Shown here one piece after another: positions 19,217 through 28,493 of a stretch of DNA of 64,000 nucleotides. Position 1 is the first letter of the stretch. Every line of letters begins with the position of its first letter. The translations under genes and the position numbers were made by a program. This stretch comes from an uncultured Chloroflexia bacterium (GTDB taxonomy: Bacteria; Chloroflexota; Limnocylindria; Limnocylindrales; CSP1-4): assembly GCA_963806175.1 (NCBI GenBank), contig CAWDXA010000005.1, forward strand, positions 197,080 to 261,079, in the 5' to 3' direction. A model generated the notes under the pieces. It ran no database searches and was not told the origin of the DNA. It was given only the letters and a program-made list of their open reading frames with translations.

Positions 19217-20620
19217 ATGACCGACGCGGCGAACCCGGCGACCCGGACCGAACGCGACTCGATGGGCGAGATGGAAGTTCCGGCCGACGCCCTGTACGGC
19301 GCTTCGACACAGCGCGCGGTGTTGAACTTCCCGATCTCCGGCAGGCGCTTCCCCCGCGGCTTCATTCGGGCGCTGGCCCTGGTCAAGCTGGCGGCCGCGG
19401 AGACGAATGGAGCGCTCGGGCTGATCGAAGCTCAGAAGGCCGCGGCCATTGCCATCGCGGCCCGTGAGGTGGCGGACGGCCGCTGGGACGACCAGTTCCC
19501 GATCGACATCTACCAGACGGGCTCGGGGACGTCGACGAACACGAACATGAACGAGGTCGTGGCGCACCTCGCCGCCAGCCGGCTGGGTGGGAAGGTCCAC
19601 CCAAACGACGACGTCAACAAGTGCCAGAGCTCCAACGACGCCATTCCGACCGCCCTCCAGTTGTCGGCGGCCGTCGCGATCGAGGAGGAGCTGATCCCCG
19701 CGCTCGTCGACCTCCAGGGCGCGCTGGCCGCCAAGGCCGACGAGTTCTGGGGTGTCGTCAAGACCGGCCGAACGCACCTCCAGGACGCGACGCCGATCCG
19801 GCTGGGCCAGGAGTTCGCCGGCTATGCCGGGCAGGTCGAGGAGGCGATCCGGCGGGCGCAGTCGGCCCGCGACGAGCTGCTGACGGTGCCGCTCGGCGGG
19901 ACCGCGGTCGGCACCGGGATCAACGCCCACCCGCAGTACGCGGCCCGTGCCTGCGCGCACCTGTCGGAGCTGACCGGCCTGCCCGTCCGCGAGGCGCCGA
20001 ACCACTTCCACGCCCAGGCGTCGCTCGACGCCGTGATCGCCGCGCACGGCGGGATCCGGGCAATCGCGCTCGGCCTGTGGAAGATCGCGTCCGACGTCCG
20101 GTTGATGGGCATGGGCCCACGGGCCGGGATCGGCGAGCTGGCGCTGCCGGAGACGCAGCCGGGCTCGTCGATCATGCCGGGCAAGGTGAACCCGGTGATC
20201 GTCGAATCGCTGACCATGGTCGTTGCCCGCGTCGTCGGCAACGACGCGACGGTCGCGTTCGGGCAAACGGGCAGCCTCCTCGAGTTGAACGTCATGCTGC
20301 CGGTCACGGCGGTCTCGATCCTCGAATCGATCTCGCTGCTGGCGGCGTCCGCGCGCAACTTCAGGATTCGTCTCGTGGAGGGCGTGACGGCGACCAACCG
20401 GGGTCCGCATCTCGTGGAGCAGGGGCTGATGCTCGCGACGGCGCTGGCGCCGGTGATCGGCTACGACGAGGCAGCCAAGCTGGCCAAGGCGGCGCTCGCC
20501 TCGGGCCGGACGATCCGCGAGCTGGCGCTCGAGCGCGGCATGGACCCGGCCGACCTGGACCGCCTGCTGGATCCCGCGGCCATGACCGAACCGGGTCTCG
20601 GAGCGGGAGGCGGCGGCTAG
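19217..20620 (+). CDS. fumC: class II fumarate hydratase
   Basis: Full-length fumarase/aspartase-family ORF with the signature GSSIMPGKVNP. Confidence 0.95.
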   Translation: MTDAANPATRTERDSMGEMEVPADALYGASTQRAVLNFPISGRRFPRGFIRALALVKLAAAETNGALGLIEAQKAAAIAIAAREVADGRWDDQFPIDIYQTGSGTSTNTNMNEVVAHLAASRLGGKVHPNDDVNKCQSSNDAIPTALQLSAAVAIEEELIPALVDLQGALAAKADEFWGVVKTGRTHLQDATPIRLGQEFAGYAGQVEEAIRRAQSARDELLTVPLGGTAVGTGINAHPQYAARACAHLSELTGLPVREAPNHFHAQASLDAVIAAHGGIRAIALGLWKIASDVRLMGMGPRAGIGELALPETQPGSSIMPGKVNPVIVESLTMVVARVVGNDATVAFGQTGSLLELNVMLPVTAVSILESISLLAASARNFRIRLVEGVTATNRGPHLVEQGLMLATALAPVIGYDEAAKLAKAALASGRTIRELALERGMDPADLDRLLDPAAMTEPGLGAGGGG

Positions 20621-20648
20621 CAGCTGACGCCCGCTACAATCCGCGCCA

Positions 20649-21428
20649 ATGGCCACCACACGTGTCTGGGATCGCGCTGCTGCTCTCGTTCCGGCTGACG
20701 GCCGCCGCCGCCCCGAGGTCGCGGCGCTCCCGCCCGGGCTGCCCACCGTCGCCCTGCTCTTCGACTTCATGCGCGACGCGGAGTTGCGGTTCGCCACGCT
20801 GCGCCTGCGCGTCGAGGAACGTGCCCGTACGTCGCGTGGCGAGGACGTGACCAGCTCGGAGGTGGCGCTCCGGCACCCGGGTCACGCCAAGGTCACGACC
20901 ACGCGCGAGGGCGTGCGGGGCAAGGCCGACTACGACATCTGGATCTCCGACGGCGACATCGTCCGGACCTACGCGGCGGCCCACAGGCTCGGCACGCAGC
21001 GGCCGGTGCGAAACCGCCCGCGCGGGCTGCACGATCGCGACTTTCCCGGCTCATCGCGCGTCTACGAGCCGGTCACCGCGCTGCCGGCGGAGACACTCCC
21101 GGAGACGTTCGTCCACCCGGCCGGGTACTGCCAGAACGTGCTCGCCACGGGGCGGTGCATGGTGATCGGCGCCGAGGTCGTCGACGGACGCGAGGCCATC
21201 GTCCTGCAATGCGATCACCCACGGACGACCGAGATGGTCGGTGACCGCCCGGACTTCCGGATCGTGATCGCGGCCGACCGCGAGACCGGCGTCATCCTCC
21301 GCCTCGTCGAATCGATCGGCGGGGTCGCGACGCGACACGCGCTGGTGACCGAGCTCGCCCCGGACGCGGCCCTCGCGCCGAGCACCTTCCAGTTCGTCTT
21401 CCCTACCGGGACGACGATGCTCTACTGA
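20649..21428 (+). CDS. hypothetical protein
   Basis: Clean 259-aa ORF with G/C-rich third positions. No signal peptide and no motif I can name confidently. Confidence 0.6.
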   Translation: MATTRVWDRAAALVPADGRRRPEVAALPPGLPTVALLFDFMRDAELRFATLRLRVEERARTSRGEDVTSSEVALRHPGHAKVTTTREGVRGKADYDIWISDGDIVRTYAAAHRLGTQRPVRNRPRGLHDRDFPGSSRVYEPVTALPAETLPETFVHPAGYCQNVLATGRCMVIGAEVVDGREAIVLQCDHPRTTEMVGDRPDFRIVIAADRETGVILRLVESIGGVATRHALVTELAPDAALAPSTFQFVFPTGTTMLY

Positions 21429-21429
21429 T

Positions 21430-21451
21430 CCGGGGGTCTTCCGACCCCCGG
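21430..21451 (+). terminator. stem-loop after the hypothetical gene
   Basis: CCGGGGGTC (21430-21438), loop TTCC, GACCCCCGG (21443-21451). Perfect 9-bp stem starting 2 nt after the stop. No U-tract. Confidence 0.5.
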
Positions 21452-21467
21452 GTGCGGCAGGTATAGT
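21439..21467 (+). promoter_or_regulatory. candidate promoter of the permease/GS-like operon
   Basis: TTCCGA (21439-21444), 17 nt, TATAGT (21462-21467). This would give a leader of about 270 nt. Confidence 0.35.
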
Positions 21468-21747
21468 GCCGCGCATCGCGACAGGCCTCTGGCCGCCGGA
21501 TGGCGCGCGCCGCACAGGCGCCCGCCGAGGATGCTCTGGAAGGAGGGCAGCGACCCGCAGCCGCGAGTGCGGCGCGATGGCCTCGCGACCGCCGACATCC
21601 ACTCCCTAGAGACGCGTCATTCGCACGTCCCCGCGTTGCACGCGGCGCCCCGACAGGGTTGCAGCCGCGGTCAGGTCGGACCCGGAGGGCAGGCCCGATC
21701 GACCGGTCGCCAGCCGGCGGCCGGGACCTGAATGAGGGAGGAACCCA

Positions 21748-23406
21748 ATGACCCAGGGTAGTTCGCGCGAAGACAAGATCAGGCAGGACGTCGCCGACCT
21801 GCACGGACTGGGCTACGCGCAGGAGTTGTTCCGCTCGATGGGCGGGTTCAGCAACTTCGCGATCAGCTTCAGCATCATCTCCATCCTCACCGGCGCCGTG
21901 ATCCTGTACGACTACGGCCTGGCCTGGGCGGGCACGGCCGCCGTGGTCATCGGCTGGCCGCTGGTGACCGTCTTCGTCCTGGCGATCGCGGCATCGATGG
22001 CGGAGCTTGCATCCGCCTACCCGACCGCCGGAGGCCTGTACTACTGGGCCTCCAAGATGAAGAACAAGAACTGGGGCTGGTGGACGGCCTGGCTGAACCT
22101 GATCGGCCAGTTTGCGATCGTCGCCGGCATCGACTACGCGGCGGCGGGTTTCCTCAACGCGACGATCCTCGACCGCATCACCGGCGGCGTGTTCAACACG
22201 ACTGAGGTGATCCCCGGGATCCTGAACGGCCAGCTCGTGACGATGGGTGCGATCCTGTTGATCCAGCTCGGGCTGAACATCGCCGGCATCAATCTCGTCT
22301 CGCTCCTCAACCAGGTCAGCGTCTGGTGGCACATCGTCATCGTCGGGGCCGTGGTCGTGTTCATCTTCCTGACCGGCAAGCCCGACCAGTCCGGACTGGC
22401 GCTCGGCACGATCCAGCCGCTCGACCAGGCCGGGAGTTGGAACAACAACCTCGGCTTCGTGAATCTCCAGTACGGGGCCGCAACCACGTATCCATTGATC
22501 CTGGCCTTCTTCTTCTCGCTGCTCCAGGCCAACTGGACGTACACCGGTTACGACGCCTCGGCCCACGTGGCCGAGGAGACGATCGGCGCCCGCATGGCGA
22601 GCGCCTGGGGCGTGTTCCTGTCGGTCGCGGTCAGCGCGGTCGTCGGCTACATCTTCCTGCTCGCCCTGGTCACCCACATGCCGGACCTGTCGACGCTGTT
22701 CCCGGCGACCCTGGGCTCCGACGTATCCGGCGCCAGCCAGTACTACTTCGGTGGCGGGGTCGCGGTGATCTCGATCCTCAACTACAACCTCGGGCAGCTG
22801 GGCGACGTTCTCGCGGCCGGAATCGCCATCGCCATGTGGTTCTGCGGGCTGGCCTCCGTGGGTGCCGCAGGCCGCATGCTCTTCGCCTTCAGTCGCGATG
22901 ACGGGATCCCCGGGTCGGGCTGGCTGAAGCGCGTCTCGCACCGCTATCGCACGCCGGCGAATTCGCTGATGGCGATCGTCGTGATCTCCTGGCTGTTCAC
23001 CGTCGCGACGTTCATCGTCGGGACCGGCACGGCCATCGTGATCGTGACCGCAATCAGCACGATCTTCCTGTACGCGGCGTACGGCCTCGTGATCTACCTG
23101 GGCGCGACGACGTCCGAATGGACGACCCACCGTGTCTGGAGCCTCGGACGCTGGTCCAAGCCCGTCGCGATCGTCGCGGTCTTCTGGGTCATCGTCCTGA
23201 TGGTCCTGTTCTCGTTCCCGACATCCGGCAACATCTCGTGGCCGTTCATGGTCGGAACGGTCGTCCTGTTGCTGGTCTACTACTTCGGCTGGGCGCGCAC
23301 GCGCTTCCAGGGACCGAAGGTCATGGGCGCCGAGGCCCAGCTGACGGAGCTCGAGCGTGAGTTCGAGCAAGCCGCCGAGGAGCTCGGGGGACCAAGTCCT
23401 GCCTGA
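21748..23406 (+). CDS. APC-superfamily amino acid/amine permease
   Basis: 552-aa polytopic ORF with about 12 hydrophobic segments, following GAGGGAGGA. Confidence 0.85.
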   Translation: MTQGSSREDKIRQDVADLHGLGYAQELFRSMGGFSNFAISFSIISILTGAVILYDYGLAWAGTAAVVIGWPLVTVFVLAIAASMAELASAYPTAGGLYYWASKMKNKNWGWWTAWLNLIGQFAIVAGIDYAAAGFLNATILDRITGGVFNTTEVIPGILNGQLVTMGAILLIQLGLNIAGINLVSLLNQVSVWWHIVIVGAVVVFIFLTGKPDQSGLALGTIQPLDQAGSWNNNLGFVNLQYGAATTYPLILAFFFSLLQANWTYTGYDASAHVAEETIGARMASAWGVFLSVAVSAVVGYIFLLALVTHMPDLSTLFPATLGSDVSGASQYYFGGGVAVISILNYNLGQLGDVLAAGIAIAMWFCGLASVGAAGRMLFAFSRDDGIPGSGWLKRVSHRYRTPANSLMAIVVISWLFTVATFIVGTGTAIVIVTAISTIFLYAAYGLVIYLGATTSEWTTHRVWSLGRWSKPVAIVAVFWVIVLMVLFSFPTSGNISWPFMVGTVVLLLVYYFGWARTRFQGPKVMGAEAQLTELEREFEQAAEELGGPSPA

Positions 23407-23495
23407 ACCAATTCACCCGTCGCGGGTATCAGGGCCGGCCTGACCGGCCGGCCCTCACGCATCGAACGCCGACCGCACCGAACCCGGAGACCGTC

Positions 23496-24896
23496 ATGAG
23501 CGCTCGCCACCAGGCCCATCCCGCGAAGCACCCACGCCTCGAGGAGCTCGAGGCGATGGTCCGCGACGGTCGGATCGACACGCTGATCGTGGCCATCACC
23601 GACATGCAGGGTCGCCTGATGGGCAAGCGCGTCCAGGCCCAGGCGTTCCTCAACGGCGTCATCGACCACGGGGCGCACTTCTGCACCTACCTCCTCGGGA
23701 CGGACATGGAGATGAACACCCCCGAGGGGTTCGCGTTGATGAACTGGGAGACCGGCTACGGGGACTGGATCGCGAACCCGGTCTGGGACACGCTCCGTGT
23801 CCTCCCCTGGCTCGAGAGCACGGCGATGGTGCTCGGCGACGCGACCGACGAGGAGACCCACGCCGAGATCCCGGTTGCCCCGCGAACCATCCTCAAGCGC
23901 CAGGTCGAACGGGCGGCGGCGGCGGGCTACGCCGTCAAGGCGGGGTCCGAGTTCGAGTACTACGTCCTCAAGGAGTCCTGGGAGGAGTCGAACCGGCGCG
24001 GCTGGGCCGTGCCGGAGCGCTTCGGCTACTACAACGAGGATTACCACCTCCTCCAGGCAACCAAGGCCGAGCCGCTGCACCGGCTGCTGCGCAACCAGAT
24101 GACCGAGGCGCGCATCCCGATCGAGTTCAGCAAGGGCGAGGCGGCACCCGGCCAGCACGAGGTCAACATCCGCTACGACCACGTCCTCGAATCCGCCGAC
24201 CGCAGCGTGATCTTCAAGCACGGCGCCAAGGAAATCGCCTACCTCAACGGCTGGGGCATCACGTTCATGGCCAAGCCGGACGCCTCGTGGACCGGCTCGT
24301 CGGGCCATCTCCACATGAGCCTCTGGGACATCGCCGCCGACCGCTCCCTGACGAACGATCCCGACGCCGGGCTGCCCTACGGCATGAGCAGGCTGTTCAG
24401 CCAGTTCGTCGCCGGGATGATGCGGCTGTCACGCGAACTGGCGATCTTCATCGCCCCCAACGTGAACTCCTACAAGCGCTACGCCTCCCTGTCGTGGGCG
24501 CCGGTCAACGTCGTCTGGGGTCGCGACAACCGCACGACCGGCTTCCGGCTCGTCGGTCACGGCTCCGCGCTCCACGTGGAGGACCGCTTCCCGGGTGGCG
24601 ACATGAACGCCTACCTGACCTATGCGGCGATGCTCGGGGCGGGGTTGTACGGGATCGAGCACGAGCTGGAGCTCGAGCCCGAGTTCAAGGGCAACGGCTA
24701 TATCGCCCAGGGCCACCCGCGGATGCCACGCGCCCTGTACGAGGCGATCTGGGAGCTGGAGCGCAGCGAGGCGGCCGTCGAGATCTTCGGCCAGGACGTC
24801 GTCGACCACTACCTCAACGCCGCTCGCTACGAGCAGCAGGTCTACGACTCGGTCGTCCATGCCTGGGACCGGGAGCGGTACCTCGAGCGAAGCTGA
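23496..24896 (+). CDS. glutamine synthetase family protein (possibly a gamma-glutamyl-amine ligase)
   Basis: GS catalytic-domain similarity along its length (...NGWGITFMAKP....GSSGHLHMSLW...NSYKRY...). Substrate not assignable. Confidence 0.8.
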   Translation: MSARHQAHPAKHPRLEELEAMVRDGRIDTLIVAITDMQGRLMGKRVQAQAFLNGVIDHGAHFCTYLLGTDMEMNTPEGFALMNWETGYGDWIANPVWDTLRVLPWLESTAMVLGDATDEETHAEIPVAPRTILKRQVERAAAAGYAVKAGSEFEYYVLKESWEESNRRGWAVPERFGYYNEDYHLLQATKAEPLHRLLRNQMTEARIPIEFSKGEAAPGQHEVNIRYDHVLESADRSVIFKHGAKEIAYLNGWGITFMAKPDASWTGSSGHLHMSLWDIAADRSLTNDPDAGLPYGMSRLFSQFVAGMMRLSRELAIFIAPNVNSYKRYASLSWAPVNVVWGRDNRTTGFRLVGHGSALHVEDRFPGGDMNAYLTYAAMLGAGLYGIEHELELEPEFKGNGYIAQGHPRMPRALYEAIWELERSEAAVEIFGQDVVDHYLNAARYEQQVYDSVVHAWDRERYLERS

Positions 24897-24952
24897 GGCC
24901 GGCCGCGCGACGGCGACCGCGATGGGCCCGGGACACCGGCGCCACGACCGTC

Positions 24953-25621
24953 CTACCCGGCGGACGCGACCTGCTGGAGCCGCCGCGCGACGTCGACGTG
25001 CCCGGCCGCCTCGGCCGTCATGGCCGGCGTGTCACCCGCGTCGGTCGTGGCCCAAGGATCCGCGCGGGCGGACAGGAACAGCTCGACCAGCTCCGGATCG
25101 CCGTTCTGCGCGGCCGCGTGGAGTGGCGTGAAGCCGCCCGCCTGGCGGGCATTCACGTCGGCGCCGGCTGCGACGAGCAGGCGGCAGACCTCGAGATGCC
25201 GGCCGGCCGCCGCGCTGTGGAGTGGCTGCACCCGCATCTCGTTGCCGGCCACCGCGTTCACCCCGGCCCCCGCCTCGAGCAGGATCCGCGCAACCTCGGC
25301 CTTGCCGAAGAACGCCGCGAAGTGGAGCGCCGTGTATCCGTCGGCGGATCGCGCCAACACGCTCGCGGGGTCCTCGTCCAGCCTCGCGCGCAGCCGATCC
25401 ACGTAGCCCAGGGCCGTCGCCTCGAACACGTCGAGGTCCGGGTCGGCCTGGAGCAACGCGTCGGTCACCGCGCGATCGAACCGGTATCGCGCCAGCATCA
25501 GCGCCGAGACGCCGTGAACGTCGCGGGACGCGGCCAGCTCGGGCTGGGCATCGATCAGTTCGGCGACCCGGCTCGCGTCGCCATCGTTGACGGCGGCGAT
25601 CAGGTCCGCGTCCGTCGGCAT
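24953..25621 (-). CDS. ankyrin-repeat protein
   Basis: ORF track 24953..25696. ATG 25621. Repeated G.T.LH.AA..G......LL..GA..N units (about 5 copies). Confidence 0.75.
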   Translation of the reverse strand: MPTDADLIAAVNDGDASRVAELIDAQPELAASRDVHGVSALMLARYRFDRAVTDALLQADPDLDVFEATALGYVDRLRARLDEDPASVLARSADGYTALHFAAFFGKAEVARILLEAGAGVNAVAGNEMRVQPLHSAAAGRHLEVCRLLVAAGADVNARQAGGFTPLHAAAQNGDPELVELFLSARADPWATTDAGDTPAMTAEAAGHVDVARRLQQVASAG

Positions 25622-25741
25622 GGGCCCATCGTACCCGGGCTCCGGGCCGGACGGACGGGTCTGACGGGCCGGGCAGACGGGTCGGGCGAGCGCCACGTTC
25701 GGGCGCTACTCTGACGCCGACGCGCAACGAAGAGGAGTGTC

Positions 25742-26509
25742 ATGCGGCTCGAGGGCAAGGTCTCGATCATCACCGGCGGCGGGAGCGGGATGGGTCGCGT
25801 GGCCGCCCAGTTGTTCGGCGCGCAGGGGGCGCGCGTGGTGGTCGCCGAGTACAACGAGGCGGCCGGCGCCGAGACCGTCGACCTCGTCACGAAGGCCGGT
25901 GGTCAGGCCACGTTCGTCCGCACGGACGTATCCAGGGAGGCCGACGCCCGGGCCATGGTCGAGCACGCGGTCGCGACCTACGGGCGGCTCGACTGCCTCT
26001 ACAACAACGCCGGCGTGATGCCCGAGGCCGATCACTCGGTGACCGACACCGACGTCGCGACCTGGGACGCGGTCATGGCGGTCAACGTCCGCGGCGTCTT
26101 CCTCGGCTGCAAGTACGCCATCCCGGCGATGATCGCGGGCGGCGGCGGCTCGATCATCAACATCGCCAGCTTCGTCGCGATCCTCGGTTGCAGCGTGCCG
26201 CAGGACGCCTACACCGCCTCGAAGGGCGCGGTCCTGTCGCTCACCCGCAGCCTGGCCGTCCAGTTCGGGCCGAACGGGATCCGGACCAACGCCATCTGCC
26301 CGGGACCGGTCGAGACGCCGCTGCTGATGGACTGGCTGCTCAAGGACGAGGCGGCCAAGCAGCTCCGGCTGGCCCGCAACCCGAGCGGACGCTTCGGCAA
26401 GCCCGAGGAGATCGTCAACATGGCGATCTACCTCGCCTCCGACGAATCGCGCTGGACCAACGGCGCGTCGCTCGTCGTCGACGGCGGCATCACCGTCAAC
26501 TACTTCTAG
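25742..26509 (+). CDS. SDR-family oxidoreductase
   Basis: TGGGSGMG cofactor motif and the catalytic YTASK. Confidence 0.9.
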   Translation: MRLEGKVSIITGGGSGMGRVAAQLFGAQGARVVVAEYNEAAGAETVDLVTKAGGQATFVRTDVSREADARAMVEHAVATYGRLDCLYNNAGVMPEADHSVTDTDVATWDAVMAVNVRGVFLGCKYAIPAMIAGGGGSIINIASFVAILGCSVPQDAYTASKGAVLSLTRSLAVQFGPNGIRTNAICPGPVETPLLMDWLLKDEAAKQLRLARNPSGRFGKPEEIVNMAIYLASDESRWTNGASLVVDGGITVNYF

Positions 26510-26531
26510 CTCGAGAGATGAGGCGATCCCG

Positions 26532-27353
26532 ATGACGGACGAAGGCACGGAGGTGGCGAGCGGTCGAATCGCCATCGGCGTCGATGTCGGTGGCAGCGGC
26601 ATCAAGGCAGCGGTGGTCGACGTCGAATCCGGCCGGTTCCGCTCGGAGCGCATCCGCGTCGCGACCCCGAACCCCTCGACGCCGGAGGCGGTGATCGCAG
26701 CGATCGGCCGGATCACGAAGCGCCTGGCCAGGGCCGCCAGGCTCGGCCCGACGACGCCGGTCGGCGTCGGCCTGCCGGGCGTCACCATGGACGGCACGCT
26801 CATGACCGCCTCCAACATCGACCCGACCTGGAAGGGCTTCCCGGTCGTCGAGCGGTTGCGGAAGGCCACCGGCCGGCCGGTCACGATCGTCAACGACGCC
26901 GACGCCGCCGGCATCGCCGAGATGCGCTTCGGGATCGGCAAGGATCGCCGGGGCGTGGTCATCTTCCTGACCCTGGGCACGGGCGTCGGCTCGGGCGTGT
27001 TCCTCGACGGCAAGCTCGTGCCGAACACCGAGTTCGGGCAGATGGAGATCCGCGGCCGGGCGGCCGAGAAGCGGTCCGCCGCCGCCGCCCGCATCCGCCG
27101 GGGCCTGTCCTGGAAGGCCTGGACGCAGGACCTCGACGAGCATCTCCACCGGATCGACGAGCTGATGTGGCCGACCCTGATGATCCTCGGCGGTGGCGTC
27201 AGCAAGCACGGCGACCGGTTCATCCCCAAGCTCACCGTGCGCGCCCCCGTGGTCGCCGCCCAGCTCCGCAACGACGCGGGAATCATCGGCGCGGCCATCG
27301 TCGCCGCCGAACCGCCACCCGGGGCGGTGGACGCCGAGGATCACGCCGTCTGA
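26532..27353 (+). CDS. ppgK: ROK-family polyphosphate/ATP glucokinase
   Basis: N-terminal GVDVGGSGIKAAVVD and ROK core. Length and pattern are typical of actinobacterial PpgK. Confidence 0.75.
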   Translation: MTDEGTEVASGRIAIGVDVGGSGIKAAVVDVESGRFRSERIRVATPNPSTPEAVIAAIGRITKRLARAARLGPTTPVGVGLPGVTMDGTLMTASNIDPTWKGFPVVERLRKATGRPVTIVNDADAAGIAEMRFGIGKDRRGVVIFLTLGTGVGSGVFLDGKLVPNTEFGQMEIRGRAAEKRSAAAARIRRGLSWKAWTQDLDEHLHRIDELMWPTLMILGGGVSKHGDRFIPKLTVRAPVVAAQLRNDAGIIGAAIVAAEPPPGAVDAEDHAV

Positions 27354-27370
27354 CGCCCGGCGCGGACCGG

Positions 27371-28372
27371 TCAGGCCCGGTCGCGCAGGTCTCGAAGGAT
27401 CTTCGCCGAGCCCGACACGATCAGGTTCTCGCCGGCGGCGAGGACGCGGTCGGCGGCTGGGTTCGGCTCGTAGTCGTGATCGCCACGGACGATCGCGAGG
27501 GCAAAGATCCCGTCCTCGCGCAGGGCCTGGACGGTCCGACCGGCGAGCGGTCCGTCGGCGGCGATCTCTACCTCCTCGATCGAGAACGCGAGCTCGCCGT
27601 GCGACAGGGCAAAGTCGATGAAGTCGGCCACCCGCGGACGGACGGCCAGCTCCGCGATCTGCCGGCCGGCGCGCGAATACGGTGAGACGACGCGGTCGGC
27701 ACCGGCGTGGAGGAGCTTGGCCTCGGAGCCCGTCTCGTTGGCCCGGGCGACGATGAAGAGCCCGGGATTGAGAGCGCGCGCGGACAGCGTGACGTAGACA
27801 TTGTTGGCATCCGAGTCGATCGTCGTGATCAGGCCGCGGGCACGCTCGATCCCCGCCTCGCCGAGCACGGCGTCGCTCGTCGCGTCGCCGACGACGATGA
27901 GGTGGCCGTCGCGCTCCGCCGTGATCAGCGACGCCGGGTTGATGTCGACGACCACGAACCGCTCACCCGCGTGGGCGAGCTCCCGGGCGACGGTCGAGCC
28001 GACGCGCCCGTAGCCGCACAGGAGCAGGTGGTCGCGCAGCGCCGCCACCGACTGGGCCATCCGCTTCGCCTCCCTTCGTCCACTGGCGGCCTCGGACAGG
28101 ACGGCCTCCGCGACGATCCCGACCGATCCGAAGATGATCCCGACGCCGGCCACGGCGACGAGGATGGTCCACGCCCGGCCGAGCCCGTCGAGCTCGCGGA
28201 CCTCCCGGTAGCCGACCGTGGTCAGGGTGATCCCGGTCATGTAGATGGCGTCCCCGAGCGGCCACCCGAGGACCAGGTATCCGACGCTGCCGACCGCCGC
28301 CACCAGGCCCACCGCGGCGATCCACAGCCGGACGTGCGATCCGCCGAAGTGGGCCAGGGCGCCGAGCCGCAT
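27371..28372 (-). CDS. two-TM pore-loop cation channel with RCK (TrkA-N/TrkA-C) domains; filter reads TVGYRE
   Basis: TM1, pore helix and TM2, followed by the Rossmann motif GYGRVG and a TrkA-C region (MthK-like architecture). Confidence 0.8.
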   Translation of the reverse strand: MRLGALAHFGGSHVRLWIAAVGLVAAVGSVGYLVLGWPLGDAIYMTGITLTTVGYREVRELDGLGRAWTILVAVAGVGIIFGSVGIVAEAVLSEAASGRREAKRMAQSVAALRDHLLLCGYGRVGSTVARELAHAGERFVVVDINPASLITAERDGHLIVVGDATSDAVLGEAGIERARGLITTIDSDANNVYVTLSARALNPGLFIVARANETGSEAKLLHAGADRVVSPYSRAGRQIAELAVRPRVADFIDFALSHGELAFSIEEVEIAADGPLAGRTVQALREDGIFALAIVRGDHDYEPNPAADRVLAAGENLIVSGSAKILRDLRDRA

Positions 28373-28493
28373 GGCCGGATGCTACCAGCGGCCCCGGGAC
28401 GCGCTGAGGGCCGTTCGGACTATTCGGTCCGGGGGCCGTCGTATCATCGCCGCACCGATCCGCAACCCGCCGACCCACCCGAAAGGCGCCGAG

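Noticed and set aside
21468-21747. Glycine, guanidine (ykkC) or glutamine riboswitch in the permease leader.
   Set aside because: The conserved cores I remember for these classes (for example GGAGAG...GAAGGGGCAA for glycine, GGGTTCCG...ACGG..GGGA for ykkC) are absent. The region is reported only as an unassigned long leader.
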